A DNA stretch of 60,094 bases, filler included, from 10 parts of 10 records of this genome joined end to end with filler, not necessarily neighbours in it, one strand, 5' to 3'. Counted from the whole stretch's first letter, positions 1 through 12,266 are shown. Notes: generated from the letters alone by a model not told the origin. Numbers and translations are program-made.

Positions 1-1462
<1,462 letters not shown>

Positions 1463-1473
1463 GCGATGATTGC

Positions 1474-1506
1474 GGAGCGGGTCCCGAACGGGACCCGCTT
1501 CTTTTT
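1474..1506 (+). terminator. Rho-independent terminator after groEL
   Basis: AGCGGGTCCCG-AA-CGGGACCCGCT hairpin followed by TCTTTTT. Confidence 0.85.
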
Positions 1507-1535
1507 CGTACGCGAGGCAGGAAGGAGTACGAAAT

Positions 1536-1826
1536 ATGGTAATGCGCTTCTACAGCAACGCGGTCTCTCAGGCCTCCCGAGCGCTGGCCTCGACGATCAT
1601 GGTCGTCGGCATGCTCCTGATCGGCTTCGGCGTCCTGATCGCGGCCCTTCCCGAGTTTTTCGCCTACCTGGCGGCCGCGATGTTCTTCATGGCCGGCGTT
1701 GGCTGTGGCATCACCGCCATCAAAATGTTCCTGACCCAGAAACGCATCGACGAGTACTCCGAGGAGGCCCCCCAGGTCTACCGACAGAACGTTCGCATCC
1801 ACAGCGAACAGCATGACGATCTGTAA
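1536..1826 (+). CDS. Small hypothetical membrane protein (about 96 aa, 2 TM)
   Basis: AAGGAG RBS before ATG 1536; two hydrophobic segments and a charged tail. Confidence 0.75.
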   Translation: MVMRFYSNAVSQASRALASTIMVVGMLLIGFGVLIAALPEFFAYLAAAMFFMAGVGCGITAIKMFLTQKRIDEYSEEAPQVYRQNVRIHSEQHDDL

Positions 1827-1886
1827 GCGAAACCATTCGATTTGCCCGCCCCGACGGCGGTTTCCCAGGCCAATTCTCGTAGTGCT

Positions 1887-1915
1887 TTGTCAGATCGTCC
1901 GTCTCGGGTTATAAT
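1887..1915 (+). promoter_or_regulatory. Sigma70-type promoter upstream of the SDR gene
   Basis: TTGTCA-N17-TATAAT. Confidence 0.65.
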
Positions 1916-1946
1916 CCGAGCACGGATGTCATTTGGAGGTGCGCAC

Positions 1947-2681
1947 ATGGCAGGACGCTTGAACGGGAAGGTCGCGATCGTGACCGGGGCCAGTCGTGGG
2001 ATCGGCCGGGCGATCAGTGTGGCGTTGGGGGCCGAGGAAGCGACGGTGGTTCTGGCGGCGCGGGCTCCGGCGGCGCTGGCCCGGGTGGCCGTCGAGGTCA
2101 ACGAGGCCGGCGGCCGGGCCGAGATTGTCACGATGGAGTTGGCCGATGAAACATCCATCAAGCAGCTCGTGCGAGCAACTTCTGAGCACTTCGGTCGGCT
2201 CGATATCCTCGTTAACAACGCTGGCATCACCCATTCGGCGGCGCTCGAAGAGACTCGAACCGAGGATCTGGACCGGTGCTGGACGATCAATGCGCGGGCG
2301 CCGTTTATCCTCTGTCGTGAGGCGCTGCCGTTGCTGAAACAATCCGAACGGGGCACGATCGTCAACATCTCCTCCGTGGTCGGCGTCAAGGGCTATCCGC
2401 TCCAGAGCGCCTATGCCGCTTCCAAGCACGCCCTGCGCGGGATGAGCATCGCGCTGGCCGAGGAACTGCGGGGCTCGAACGTGCGGGTCCATGTCATTTG
2501 CCCGGGGGGCGTCGATACGGAAATGGTCAGTCGCGTACGTCCCGATATTGCGAAGGATGAACTTATCGGACCGGACGAGATAGCCGAGCTGGTGGTGTAT
2601 CTGGTGACCCATCAGGGCAACGGGGTCCTGGACGAGTTGCACATACGGCGCGCCGCGTCGGCGCCTTGGTTTGTGAGCTGA
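1947..2681 (+). CDS. Short-chain dehydrogenase/reductase (classical SDR)
   Basis: TGASRGIG, NNAG, YAASK motifs; GGAGG RBS before ATG 1947. Confidence 0.93.
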   Translation: MAGRLNGKVAIVTGASRGIGRAISVALGAEEATVVLAARAPAALARVAVEVNEAGGRAEIVTMELADETSIKQLVRATSEHFGRLDILVNNAGITHSAALEETRTEDLDRCWTINARAPFILCREALPLLKQSERGTIVNISSVVGVKGYPLQSAYAASKHALRGMSIALAEELRGSNVRVHVICPGGVDTEMVSRVRPDIAKDELIGPDEIAELVVYLVTHQGNGVLDELHIRRAASAPWFVS

Positions 2682-2700
2682 AGGAAGGGGAGCTGGAAGT

Positions 2701-5463
2701 ATGGGGGTAAGGAAAAGCACGTGGGGCCTCGGAGTCGTTCTGGGGATACTGTGGCTCTCGACCTGGGGCCTGGCCGCCGAAACCGAGGTGGTGTACCTGT
2801 CGGGGCAAGGCAAGGACGATGCGGCGCCCTGGGAATTCTTCTGCACTGCCGGACGGGGCAGCGGCCAATGGACCACGATCGGCGTCCCGTCCAACTGGGA
2901 GTTGCAGGGCTTCGGAACCTACAACTACGGCCACGACCGGGACAAGGGAGCCGAGCGGGGCAAATACCGGCGCACGTTCTTCGTCCCCGAGGACTGGGAG
3001 GACAAGCGAATTCTTCTTGTCTTTGAAGGTGTCATGACCGGCGCCGAGGTCCGCGTCAATGGTCGGTCGGCGGGCCCGAAGCACCAGGGGGGCTTCTACC
3101 GTTTCCAGTACGAGATCACCGATTTGGTGGAGCCGGGGGAGAACCTGCTGGAGGTCGATGTCAGCAAGATCTCATCCGACCGGAGCGTCGAGCAGGCCGA
3201 ACGGCAGGCGGATTACTGGGTCTTCGGCGGGATCTTTCGGCCCGTGCACATCGACGCGGTTCCGCAGTCGTTCATCGAGTGGATTGCGATCGATGCTCGG
3301 GCCGATGGCGCGTGTCGGGTGGATGCCTATATCAGCGGCGAGCGTGATTACGATGCTGTGAAAGTGGAAGTTATAGGGCGAAGCGGCGATCGACTGGGCG
3401 ACGCGACCGTGGTGTCGGTCGAGCCGGGCGGCGACAAAGCAGTACTCCAAATGCATGTGACCGGGCACGCGCTGTGGACGGCTGAGACACCGAATCTGTA
3501 CACGGCTCGTGTCAGTCTGCTCAAAGACGGCGCGGTTGTGCACGCCGTCAGCGAGCGGTTCGGGTTCCGCACATTCGAGGTGCGGCCGGGCGATGGGTTG
3601 TATCTGAACGGGCAGAAGATCAGGCTCAAAGGCGTGTGCCGGCACAGCTTCTGGCCCGACTCGGGGCGCTGTCTCAGTCGGCAGATCAGCTACGACGATG
3701 TCCGGCTGATCAAGGACATGAATATGAACGCGGTGCGCATGTCCCACTATCCGCCGGATAGGCACTTCCTCGAGGCCTGCGACGAGCTGGGGCTCTACGT
3801 CCTCGACGAACTGGCGGGCTGGCAAAAGCCGCCTTACAGTACTGAAATCGGCAAGAAACTGGTCAAGGAGATGGTCACCCGCGACGTTTGCCATCCGTGC
3901 ATCCTGTTTTGGGACAACGCCAACGAAGGCGGCTGGAACCGCGAACTCGACGATCAGTTCGCGCTGTACGATCCGCAGCGGCGCACCGTGCTGCACCCTT
4001 GGGAGAACTTCAACGGCGTCGACACGGACCATTACGAGAGCTACGCCAGCACGCAGAAGAAGCTGAGCAACTCGACGCTGTTCATGCCCACCGAGTTCCT
4101 ACACGGGCTCTACGACGGGGGCCACGGCGCCGGGCTGAACGACTATTGGAATGCGACCCTGGCCTCGCCCATGGGTGCCGGCGGCTTTCTGTGGGTCCTG
4201 GCCGACGAAGGGGTGGTTCGAACCGATCGGAACGGGCGGATCGATACCGATGGCAATCATGCCCCCGACGGCATCGTGGGCCCGTACCGCGAGAAGGAAG
4301 GGAGCTTCTACACGATCAAGGAAGTCTTCTCGCCCGTCCAGATCGGCCAGGAGACGCTTTCTCGCGATTTCGACGGCAAGCTGGTTCTGGAGAACCGTTA
4401 CGATTTCACCAATCTGAACCAGTGCGCGTTCGAGGTGAAGCTGGTCATGTTTCCGGCACCGAGCTATATGGCGGGCGGGCAGCGGGTGCTGGCGGAGAAG
4501 ATGATCGCCGGGCCGAACGTGCTGCCGCACGAGAAGGGCACGATCGATCTGGGGCTGCCCGGGCGCCGGCAGGGGGCCGATGCCCTGTTCCTGACGGCCT
4601 ACGATCCGGCCGGAGAGGAGATCTGGACCTGGACCTGGGACCTGCGCGAGCGGGGCTATTATGGCGACCGGTTTGCCGAGACCGGCAGTGCCGACGGGGC
4701 CAAGGTCTCCGTTGGCGGCGGCGCCGATCAGATCAGTCTGCGCGCGGGCGATCTGGTCCTGGAATTCGCCGGCAGCACGGGTCAGCTGGCGGGTGTGAAG
4801 CTCAACGGCAGAGACATCGGCTTCGGTGGCCCGCGCCTGATCGGAGGCAGTGCCCAGGCTTCCAAGGTGACCTTGTCACAGAGCGATCAGAGCATGGTGC
4901 TCAACGTGGTTTACGAAGGCGATATGAACTACGCCCGCTGGCGGATGTACCCGAGCGGTTGGGTCTGCCTCGAATACCAGTACCAACTGGCCGGGTCGTT
5001 CGATATCTTCGGCGTGGATTTCGATTGCCCCCAGTACAAGATGCAGCGGATGCGCTGGCTGGGGCGCGGGCCATACCGCGTATGGAAGAACCGCACCAAG
5101 GGTGGGGCCCTGGGCGTCTGGAGCAATGAATACAAGAACCATGTCCCGGGCGTGACCTGGGAGTTTCCCGAGTTCAAGGGATACTATCGCGATTGGCGCT
5201 GGGTGGTCCTGGAGACGGACGTGGCCGATATCACCATGATCAACGGCGCGGAGGATCTGTTTCTCGGGGTCTATCGCCCGAACGATGGGCCCGATCCCAG
5301 AACGACGAAACTGGACGTGCCTGAGACGGGGATTTCCCTGCTCCATGGCATCCCGGCCATCGGTACCAAGTTCCAGAAGGCCGAGGCACTGGGCCCCGAG
5401 AGCCAGAAGAACAGCGCCTCCGGCACGTATCGGGGCACGGTCTGGATCCATTTCGGTTTGTGA
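2701..5463 (+). CDS. Secreted glycoside hydrolase family 2 (beta-galactosidase-like)
   Basis: Signal peptide; VPSNWELQGFG, NMNAVRMSHYP, WDNANE acid/base motif, PTEFLH nucleophile region. Confidence 0.9.
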   Translation: MGVRKSTWGLGVVLGILWLSTWGLAAETEVVYLSGQGKDDAAPWEFFCTAGRGSGQWTTIGVPSNWELQGFGTYNYGHDRDKGAERGKYRRTFFVPEDWEDKRILLVFEGVMTGAEVRVNGRSAGPKHQGGFYRFQYEITDLVEPGENLLEVDVSKISSDRSVEQAERQADYWVFGGIFRPVHIDAVPQSFIEWIAIDARADGACRVDAYISGERDYDAVKVEVIGRSGDRLGDATVVSVEPGGDKAVLQMHVTGHALWTAETPNLYTARVSLLKDGAVVHAVSERFGFRTFEVRPGDGLYLNGQKIRLKGVCRHSFWPDSGRCLSRQISYDDVRLIKDMNMNAVRMSHYPPDRHFLEACDELGLYVLDELAGWQKPPYSTEIGKKLVKEMVTRDVCHPCILFWDNANEGGWNRELDDQFALYDPQRRTVLHPWENFNGVDTDHYESYASTQKKLSNSTLFMPTEFLHGLYDGGHGAGLNDYWNATLASPMGAGGFLWVLADEGVVRTDRNGRIDTDGNHAPDGIVGPYREKEGSFYTIKEVFSPVQIGQETLSRDFDGKLVLENRYDFTNLNQCAFEVKLVMFPAPSYMAGGQRVLAEKMIAGPNVLPHEKGTIDLGLPGRRQGADALFLTAYDPAGEEIWTWTWDLRERGYYGDRFAETGSADGAKVSVGGGADQISLRAGDLVLEFAGSTGQLAGVKLNGRDIGFGGPRLIGGSAQASKVTLSQSDQSMVLNVVYEGDMNYARWRMYPSGWVCLEYQYQLAGSFDIFGVDFDCPQYKMQRMRWLGRGPYRVWKNRTKGGALGVWSNEYKNHVPGVTWEFPEFKGYYRDWRWVVLETDVADITMINGAEDLFLGVYRPNDGPDPRTTKLDVPETGISLLHGIPAIGTKFQKAEALGPESQKNSASGTYRGTVWIHFGL

Positions 5464-5485
5464 CACATTTGGACAGTGAGGTGAC

Positions 5486-5935
5486 ATGCGCGCGGTGATT
5501 CAACGGGTTCGTGAGGCGAAGGTCGAGGTCGATGGGCAAATCGTCGGGCAGATCGAGCAGGGATTGCTCGTCTATCTCGGAGTCGGTAAGGAGGACACCG
5601 ACAGCGACGCGGCGTTCATGGCGGACAAGCTGGTGAACCTGCGCATCTTTGCCGACGAGGCGGGCAAGATGAATCGCAGTGTGATGGATGTCGGCGGAGG
5701 GATTCTGGTGATCAGCAATTTCACGCTGTACGGTGACTGCCGCAAAGGCCGTCGCCCGGGCTTCGACGCGGCCGGTCTGCCCGAGCCGGCCGAAGCCCTC
5801 TACGAAAAGGTTGCCGAGCTAATCGCCCGCAGCGATGTTCCCGTCGCCCAGGGCTCCTTCGGGGCCTACATGCAGGTCAGCAGCACCAACGACGGGCCAA
5901 TCAACTTCCTGCTCGACAGCACCCGACTGTTCTAA
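5486..5935 (+). CDS. dtd: D-aminoacyl-tRNA deacylase
   Basis: MRAVIQRV, SNFTLYGD, FGAYMQV-NDGP motifs. Confidence 0.96.
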   Translation: MRAVIQRVREAKVEVDGQIVGQIEQGLLVYLGVGKEDTDSDAAFMADKLVNLRIFADEAGKMNRSVMDVGGGILVISNFTLYGDCRKGRRPGFDAAGLPEPAEALYEKVAELIARSDVPVAQGSFGAYMQVSSTNDGPINFLLDSTRLF

Positions 5936-6128
5936 CTCAATCCGCGAGCTGTTTCGCGCTGCTACATATCTTCCGGGACGATCACCAGGGCGCCCATGNN
6001 NNNNNNNNNNNNNNNNNNNNNNNNNNNNNNNNNNNNNNNNNNTTAATTAATTAANNNNNNNNNNNNNNNNNNNNNNNNNNNNNNNNNNNNNNNNNNNNGG
6101 TCTGTTCATAAAAACGGACCCGGGGAAA

Positions 6129-7754
6129 ATGATCATGGGGCCTAAAATGCTCAGGACCCTGTGCTGTCTGCTCCTGGTATGCTTTTCTGCCTGTTCTCAG
6201 GAACCGGAACATATAAAGGAAAAGAACCGGGCAGCAGCCTCCAATACCGGCCAGGTGGAGGTCATCCGCCTGGCCGGGGGGGATTATGGATATCCCTCAC
6301 CCTATGCCCACTACCCCAGGGGGCCCGGTGGATATAAAATGTGTCTGATCTTCGACAGCCTGCTGGAGCGGTCGAACCAGGGGCTGATTCCCTGGCTGGC
6401 GAAAGAATGGCAGGTAAGGGACCAGGGAAAAACCTATATCTTCACCCTCCGCCAAAAGGTTGAATGGCAGGACGGCCATCCCCTGACCCCGGAGGATGTG
6501 GCCTTCTCCCTGGACTATGCCGCCCGGCATCCCATGACCTGGTCCTATGTATTTGACCTCATCGAATCTGTGACGCTTCTGCCCGGCAACCAGGTCAAGG
6601 TAAGCGTGAAGCACCCTGGTGCTCCTATGCTGGGCAACCTGGGCCGCACCCGGATTCTCCCCAGACATGTATGGGAAAAGGTGGACAATCCCAAGACCTT
6701 TACCGGCCCGGAAGCCGTGATCGGTACCGGCCCCTTTCGGCTCACTGCCTACAGCCGGGAACACGGCAGTTATCGTTTTGAAGCCTTTGACCGGTTCTGG
6801 GGCCCCAAACCCCGGGTAAAGCGCATCGAGTTTATCCCGGTGAGCGAGCCCGTCCTGGCCTATGAAAGGAGGGAAATCGATTTGATCCGGGTCTCGCCGG
6901 ATCTGCTGCCCAGGTTTGCCAAAGATCCCAGGCACCGGGTGATTAAAAGTCCGGCCTTTTGGGGGTATCGCCTGCTGTTTGACACGGCTGGCAAGGGGCC
7001 TTTACTGGACAAGGGTGTCCGTCAGGCCTTTGCCCATGCCATTGACCGTGGGGAACTGGTGACAAAGATTGCCAGGGGTGCGGCTTTGCCCGGCAGGTTG
7101 GGCATCCTTTCCCCGGACCATCTCATGGCAGCAGACCCGGTAAAGCGCTATGAGTTTAATCCCGAAGCAGCAGGAATGCTTTTGGACCAGGCAGGTTTTT
7201 TTCTGCCCGAGAATGGGGAATTCCGGGTCGGCCCGGACGGCCATCCCCTTTCCTTTGATCTGTTGTGCAGCAGCCGGGAGGTCCGCATGGCCGAAATCCT
7301 CAAACAGCGCCTGGCAGCTGTGGGTATGGATATCCGCATCCTGGCCGTGGACGGCAAAACCCGGGACAGCCGGGTCAGGAACCATCAATTTAATCTGGCC
7401 ATCATCGGTCACGGCGGATGGGGCAATGATCCGGACTACCTGAGGGCGCATTGCTCCAATACCTTTTCCGTGTCCGGTTCGCCGTCTGCTTCCGGCGGCA
7501 TCGGACTTAAGATTCCGGCCCTGGCATTTCTTTTGGAACAGCAGCGCCTTCAAACCGATCCGGTTAAACGGCGGCAGTTGATCAAAGAGATCCAACACCT
7601 GGCCGAAGAAGAGGTCCCGGAAATACCTCTGTTTTACACCACGGCCTTTAACCTGTTCCGGCCGGACAAATACGACGGGTGGATGTTCATGTTTGATCAC
7701 CACAGTCTGGTACACAGTAAACTTTCCTATCTGGACTGGAAAGGATGGCATTAG
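6129..7754 (+). CDS. ABC transporter substrate-binding lipoprotein, peptide/nickel (SBP family 5)
   Basis: Lipobox FSAC; PWLAKEW, W.DG.PLTPEDVAFS, GTGPF motifs. Confidence 0.9.
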   Translation: MIMGPKMLRTLCCLLLVCFSACSQEPEHIKEKNRAAASNTGQVEVIRLAGGDYGYPSPYAHYPRGPGGYKMCLIFDSLLERSNQGLIPWLAKEWQVRDQGKTYIFTLRQKVEWQDGHPLTPEDVAFSLDYAARHPMTWSYVFDLIESVTLLPGNQVKVSVKHPGAPMLGNLGRTRILPRHVWEKVDNPKTFTGPEAVIGTGPFRLTAYSREHGSYRFEAFDRFWGPKPRVKRIEFIPVSEPVLAYERREIDLIRVSPDLLPRFAKDPRHRVIKSPAFWGYRLLFDTAGKGPLLDKGVRQAFAHAIDRGELVTKIARGAALPGRLGILSPDHLMAADPVKRYEFNPEAAGMLLDQAGFFLPENGEFRVGPDGHPLSFDLLCSSREVRMAEILKQRLAAVGMDIRILAVDGKTRDSRVRNHQFNLAIIGHGGWGNDPDYLRAHCSNTFSVSGSPSASGGIGLKIPALAFLLEQQRLQTDPVKRRQLIKEIQHLAEEEVPEIPLFYTTAFNLFRPDKYDGWMFMFDHHSLVHSKLSYLDWKGWH

Positions 7755-7755
7755 G

Positions 7756-8778
7756 ATGATCAGATTCCCCAAGGGCATTGTAAAAATGATCTCTTACCTT
7801 GTTACGGTCTGGGTGATCCTTTCCCTGAATTTTTTATTGCCAAGATTGATGCCCGGAGATCCCTTTGTCTTTCTTTCAGGGGAGGAGGGAGAGGATCTGC
7901 CCCAAATCAGCCAGGCCCAGAAGGCCTACTACATCACCCAATACGGGTTTGATGAGCCTCTGTACCGCCAGTACGGCCGTTATCTTGTCCGCCTGGCCAA
8001 AGGAGATCTGGGCCAGTCCATCTATTACAATGCCCCGGTATCTCAGATGCTGATCCGGCGTCTGCCCTGGACCCTTGGCCTGGTCTCCCTGTCCATCCTC
8101 TTTTCCACTATTCTGGGCACCCTGCTGGGGGGGATTGCCGCTGCCCTGCGCCACCAATGGGCAGATCGCTTTTTGTTCGTCGGCCTCATCCTGGTCTCGG
8201 AGATCCCTGCTTTTCTTTTGGGACTGGGCCTGCTCTTTTTCTTTGCCGCCTTTCTGGCGCTCTTTCCCCTTTCCGGGGCCATGACCCCTTTTGCCGGCCC
8301 CATGACAGCTGGGGAAACCTTTTTTGATATCTGTTGCCACGGCGCCCTTCCCGTGGCAACCCTGACCCTGACCCGTTTGGGCGGCATCTTTTTGCTGGCC
8401 CGCAACAGCCTGGTCACTGTTATGGCAAAGGATTATCTGGTCACGGCCCGTGCCAAGGGGCTTGGCCGGATGCGCATATTTTTTCGCCATGCCCTGCGCA
8501 ACGCCATGCTGCCCATTGTCACCCGGGTGTTCATGAGCCTGGGGGCGCTGACCGGCGGTGCCATCCTGGTTGAAAACGTGTTCAACTATCCAGGCCTTGG
8601 CACCCTCATGCGTCAGGCTGTGCTCTACCAGGACTACCCCCTGATCCAGGGGATCTTCCTTTTGGTCACCCTGGCGGTTCTCCTGGCCAATTTCATGGCA
8701 GACCTGGTCTACAGACAATTGGACCCCCGCATCCGGACCCCGAAAACAATTTCAAGAAATAGGGCGGCGACGGCATGA
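7756..8778 (+). CDS. ABC transporter permease (DppB/NikB-like)
   Basis: PGDP, GDLGQS, EAA loop TARAKGL, FNYPGLG, DYPLIQG. Confidence 0.92.
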   Translation: MIRFPKGIVKMISYLVTVWVILSLNFLLPRLMPGDPFVFLSGEEGEDLPQISQAQKAYYITQYGFDEPLYRQYGRYLVRLAKGDLGQSIYYNAPVSQMLIRRLPWTLGLVSLSILFSTILGTLLGGIAAALRHQWADRFLFVGLILVSEIPAFLLGLGLLFFFAAFLALFPLSGAMTPFAGPMTAGETFFDICCHGALPVATLTLTRLGGIFLLARNSLVTVMAKDYLVTARAKGLGRMRIFFRHALRNAMLPIVTRVFMSLGALTGGAILVENVFNYPGLGTLMRQAVLYQDYPLIQGIFLLVTLAVLLANFMADLVYRQLDPRIRTPKTISRNRAATA

Positions 8779-9638
8779 ACAGGATCTGTGTTGGGGAGGG
8801 GCATATCCGGCAGATGACCCCCGCCGGCCGAACCGGGCTTGTCATCCTTGCCGGGCTTGTCTTTATGGCCCTGGCAGCTCCCCTGATCTGCCCCCATTCC
8901 CACCAGACCATCTCGGGTCCGGCCCTGATTCCCCCCGGCCGGTGCCACCTTCTGGGAACCGACGAGCTGGGCGTGGACCTCTGGGCCCAGATCTGCCACG
9001 GTGCCCGGATCAGCCTTTTCATCGGCCTTGGCACCGCCCTGACAGCCGGACTTGGCGGGGGCCTGGCAGGTATCCTGGCCGGATATGCCGGTGGCCGGGT
9101 GGACATGGCGATCATGCGGCTGGTGGACATCATCCTGGTGTTGCCCGACCTGCCGGTGATGATTGTGCTGGCCGCCTTTTTCGGCCCAAGCCTCTTCACA
9201 ATCGTCCTGGTGCTGTCCTGTTTTTCCTGGGTCCATACGGCCAGGATTGTCCGGTCCAGAATTCTGATTGTTAAGCAGCGGCAGTATATCCGGGCAGCCG
9301 CCCTTTGCGGGGCCGGTCCCTGGTATTTGATCCGACGCCACTTTCTGCCCGAGGTCTTCCCCCTGGCTGCCGTAAGCATGATCCGTCTCACCGGCCGGGC
9401 CATTGTGGCCGAGGCCGGCCTTTCCTTTCTGGGCCTGGGAGATCCTTGTTCCCGGTCCTGGGGCCTGATCCTTCACCATGCCACAAGCTTTCCCGGGATT
9501 TATTACACACGTTTCTGGCTGTGGTGGCTGGTGTTTCCCTGGCTGGCCCTGACCCTGATGGTGGTTTCCCTTGCCCTGGTGGGCAGGGATATGGAAGCCA
9601 TCGCCCACCCCCGCCTGGGCATAGGGGGTGGATCATGA
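8775..9638 (+). CDS. ABC transporter permease (DppC/NikC-like)
   Basis: HLLGTDELGVD, EAGLSFLGLG; ATGA overlap with previous gene. Confidence 0.92.
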   Translation: MNRICVGEGHIRQMTPAGRTGLVILAGLVFMALAAPLICPHSHQTISGPALIPPGRCHLLGTDELGVDLWAQICHGARISLFIGLGTALTAGLGGGLAGILAGYAGGRVDMAIMRLVDIILVLPDLPVMIVLAAFFGPSLFTIVLVLSCFSWVHTARIVRSRILIVKQRQYIRAAALCGAGPWYLIRRHFLPEVFPLAAVSMIRLTGRAIVAEAGLSFLGLGDPCSRSWGLILHHATSFPGIYYTRFWLWWLVFPWLALTLMVVSLALVGRDMEAIAHPRLGIGGGS

Positions 9639-11398
9639 CCGGCATCAGGCCTGCCTTGCTGGAGATCCGGGATCTCTGTCTGGACTATGGACAGGTAGAT
9701 AATTCTGTCCCGGCACTGGACCGCATCCATCTAACCTTGAACCCGGGGGAAAGCCTGGGGATTATCGGGGAGTCCGGATGCGGCAAGACCAGTCTTGCCA
9801 TGGCCGTTATGGGGCTGTGCACCCATGCCCGGGTTTCCGGTTCCATCCGGTTCAAGGGCAAGGATTTGACCTGCCTTACAGAAAAGGACCTGGCCTGCCT
9901 GCGATGGAACAAGATTGCCCTGGTGTTCCAGAACAGCCAGGAGGTATTCAATCCGGTTCTGACCCTGGGAGAGCAGGTGACCGAGGCGTTAGGTACCCAT
10001 CTGGGACTTGCCGGGGCTGCGGCAGACAAACGGGCGGCCCAATTGTTTGGCCTGGTGGGCCTGGACCCTGTCTGGTGCAATGCCTTTGCCCATCAGCTTT
10101 CGGGAGGTATGCGCCAGCGGGTGCTCATGGCCATGGCCGTCAGCTGCGAGCCCGAGTTGCTCATTGTGGACGAGCCTTTTACCGCCCTGGATGCCCAATC
10201 CAAAGAATCCATGATGGAATTGCTCTTGTCCCTTCAGGAACAAATGGGGTTTGCCATGATTCTTATCTCCCACAGCATGCCGGCCATTGCCCGGCTCACC
10301 TCCCGAACCCTGACCCTGTATGCCGGCCAGGTGGTGGAGGAAGGACCCACCAAGGTCCTGCTGGCCGATCCCTGGCACCCCTATACCCGGGGTTTGATCA
10401 ATGCCTGCCCGGAATTTTACGGATTCAAAGACCTTTGGGGCATTGGGGGTTCCCCGTCCATTCCGGGCCAGTCACCGGGCTGCCCCTTTAACCCCCGCTG
10501 TGTCCAGAAAGGCCCGGATTGTCATAAGCACCGTCCGAAATTAACGGCAGCCGGCCCGGACCGGAAGGTGGCCTGCCACAAGGGGGGCATTGAAATTCTT
10601 CTGGAAGCAAGGGGGCTTACAAAGACCTATGTCCTGAATACCGCCATCATCCGGGCGGTACAACAGGTGGACCTGAGGGTGAAAACCGGGGAAGTCGTGG
10701 CCTTGGTGGGAGCGTCCGGCTCAGGGAAATCCACCCTGGCACATCTGCTGGTCCAAATGGAAACCCCGGATAGAGGCCGGGTCATTTTTGAGGGCCGGCG
10801 TGTCGCGGGCATGGAAGCCACGGCCTGCATGGAAGGCATGCAAATGGTGTTTCAGGACCCTGCCCAAGCCGTCAGCCCCAGGCTGACCGTGCTCTCTGCA
10901 GTACGCGAACCCCTGGACATCATGGGATGGAAAGACCGGGATGCACGGGACCGAAAGGCCCTGGCATCTTTGACCTCTGTGCATCTGCCATCTGATCCCG
11001 AATTTTTAAAACGCCCCTGCCATGCCTTAAGCGGCGGGCAGCGCCAGCGCCTCTCCGTGGCCAGGGCCATGGTCACTGACCCCAAATTGCTCATTGCCGA
11101 CGAAATCACAGCCATGCTGGACCCCTCTGCCCAGGCCGTACTGCTTCGCCAACTCAAAGGGCTCCAGAATGAAAAGGGATTTTCCATGCTGTTTATCACC
11201 CATGACCTTCACCTGGCGCGAAAGATCGCGGACCAAGCCTATGTTCTGGACAACGGCGTGGTTATTTCCCGGGGCGCAGGGTTTGAAGTGTTCAGCAGCA
11301 AGGTCCCAGCTCATCCGGCCCGGTCCACTGCGGCACGGCCGGTCACCCATCCTCCTTTGGGAGTACCCATATTTTCAGGAAAGGAAAAATTCGCATGA
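9635..11398 (+). CDS. ABC transporter ATP-binding protein with two fused NBDs (DppD/DppF-like)
   Basis: GESGCGKT/LSGGM and GASGSGKS/LSGGQ; Cys-rich oligopeptide-ABC motif between the domains; ATGA overlap. Confidence 0.92.
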   Translation: MTGIRPALLEIRDLCLDYGQVDNSVPALDRIHLTLNPGESLGIIGESGCGKTSLAMAVMGLCTHARVSGSIRFKGKDLTCLTEKDLACLRWNKIALVFQNSQEVFNPVLTLGEQVTEALGTHLGLAGAAADKRAAQLFGLVGLDPVWCNAFAHQLSGGMRQRVLMAMAVSCEPELLIVDEPFTALDAQSKESMMELLLSLQEQMGFAMILISHSMPAIARLTSRTLTLYAGQVVEEGPTKVLLADPWHPYTRGLINACPEFYGFKDLWGIGGSPSIPGQSPGCPFNPRCVQKGPDCHKHRPKLTAAGPDRKVACHKGGIEILLEARGLTKTYVLNTAIIRAVQQVDLRVKTGEVVALVGASGSGKSTLAHLLVQMETPDRGRVIFEGRRVAGMEATACMEGMQMVFQDPAQAVSPRLTVLSAVREPLDIMGWKDRDARDRKALASLTSVHLPSDPEFLKRPCHALSGGQRQRLSVARAMVTDPKLLIADEITAMLDPSAQAVLLRQLKGLQNEKGFSMLFITHDLHLARKIADQAYVLDNGVVISRGAGFEVFSSKVPAHPARSTAARPVTHPPLGVPIFSGKEKFA

Positions 11399-11506
11399 AA
11401 CGTATTNNNNNNNNNNNNNNNNNNNNNNNNNNNNNNNNNNNNNNNNNNNNTTAATTAATTAANNNNNNNNNNNNNNNNNNNNNNNNNNNNNNNNNNNNNN
11501 NNNNNN

Positions 11507-12266
11507 CGGCAGCGAGGCGACCAAGAACGCGGTCCTCAGTTCACGCCGATCCGACGGTTTCAAGAAGTCGTTCCGGGACGATGCGTTGGTCGCCCAGGTC
11601 GCCATCGTCGATTCCGAACTGCTGGCGACCTGCCCGGCCGGCCTGATCGCCGCCAACGGCATGGATGCCTTCACCCAGTTGCTGGAATCCTTCGTGTCGG
11701 TGCGCGCCAATCCGCTGACCGACGCCCTCGCCTGGTCCGGCCTTGAAGCCTTCGGGCGTGGTTTTTTCAATGCCTGGAAAGGCGCCGGAAAGGATGACGA
11801 CAAAGCCGCTGCCGGCCGCGCCGACACCGCTTATGCTTCGCTGATATCGGGCATTACCCTGGCCCAGGTCGGACTTGGCTCGGTACATGGGCTGGCCTCG
11901 CCGCTGGGCGCTTATTTCCCGGTTCCGCACGGTACCGTCTGCGGCACCCTGGTCGGGGTGGCGACCGAAGTGAACATCCGGGCGCTGAAGGCGCGCCTTC
12001 CGGACAGCCCGGCATTGGTGAAATATGCCCGCGTCGGCCGTCTTCTAAGCGGCAAGGCGGCTTTGCAAAAAGAAGACGCCCTGGCGGCGTTGATCGAGAC
12101 CCTTGGACGCTGGATCGACGATCTCGGTATTTCCCGCCTCGGCGAATTCGGAATGACCGAGGCCGATGTCGCGTCCGTCGCGGCGGCATCGATGCCGGGC
12201 ATGAAATCCAATCCCGTAATGCCGACCGAAGCGGAAGTATCCGAGCTTCTGCAGCGTCGCCTCTGA
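11507..12266 (+). CDS. Iron-containing alcohol dehydrogenase (5'-truncated)
   Basis: GSEATKNAV, GMDAFTQLLES, GSVHGLASPLG, PHG metal-ligand region. Confidence 0.9.
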
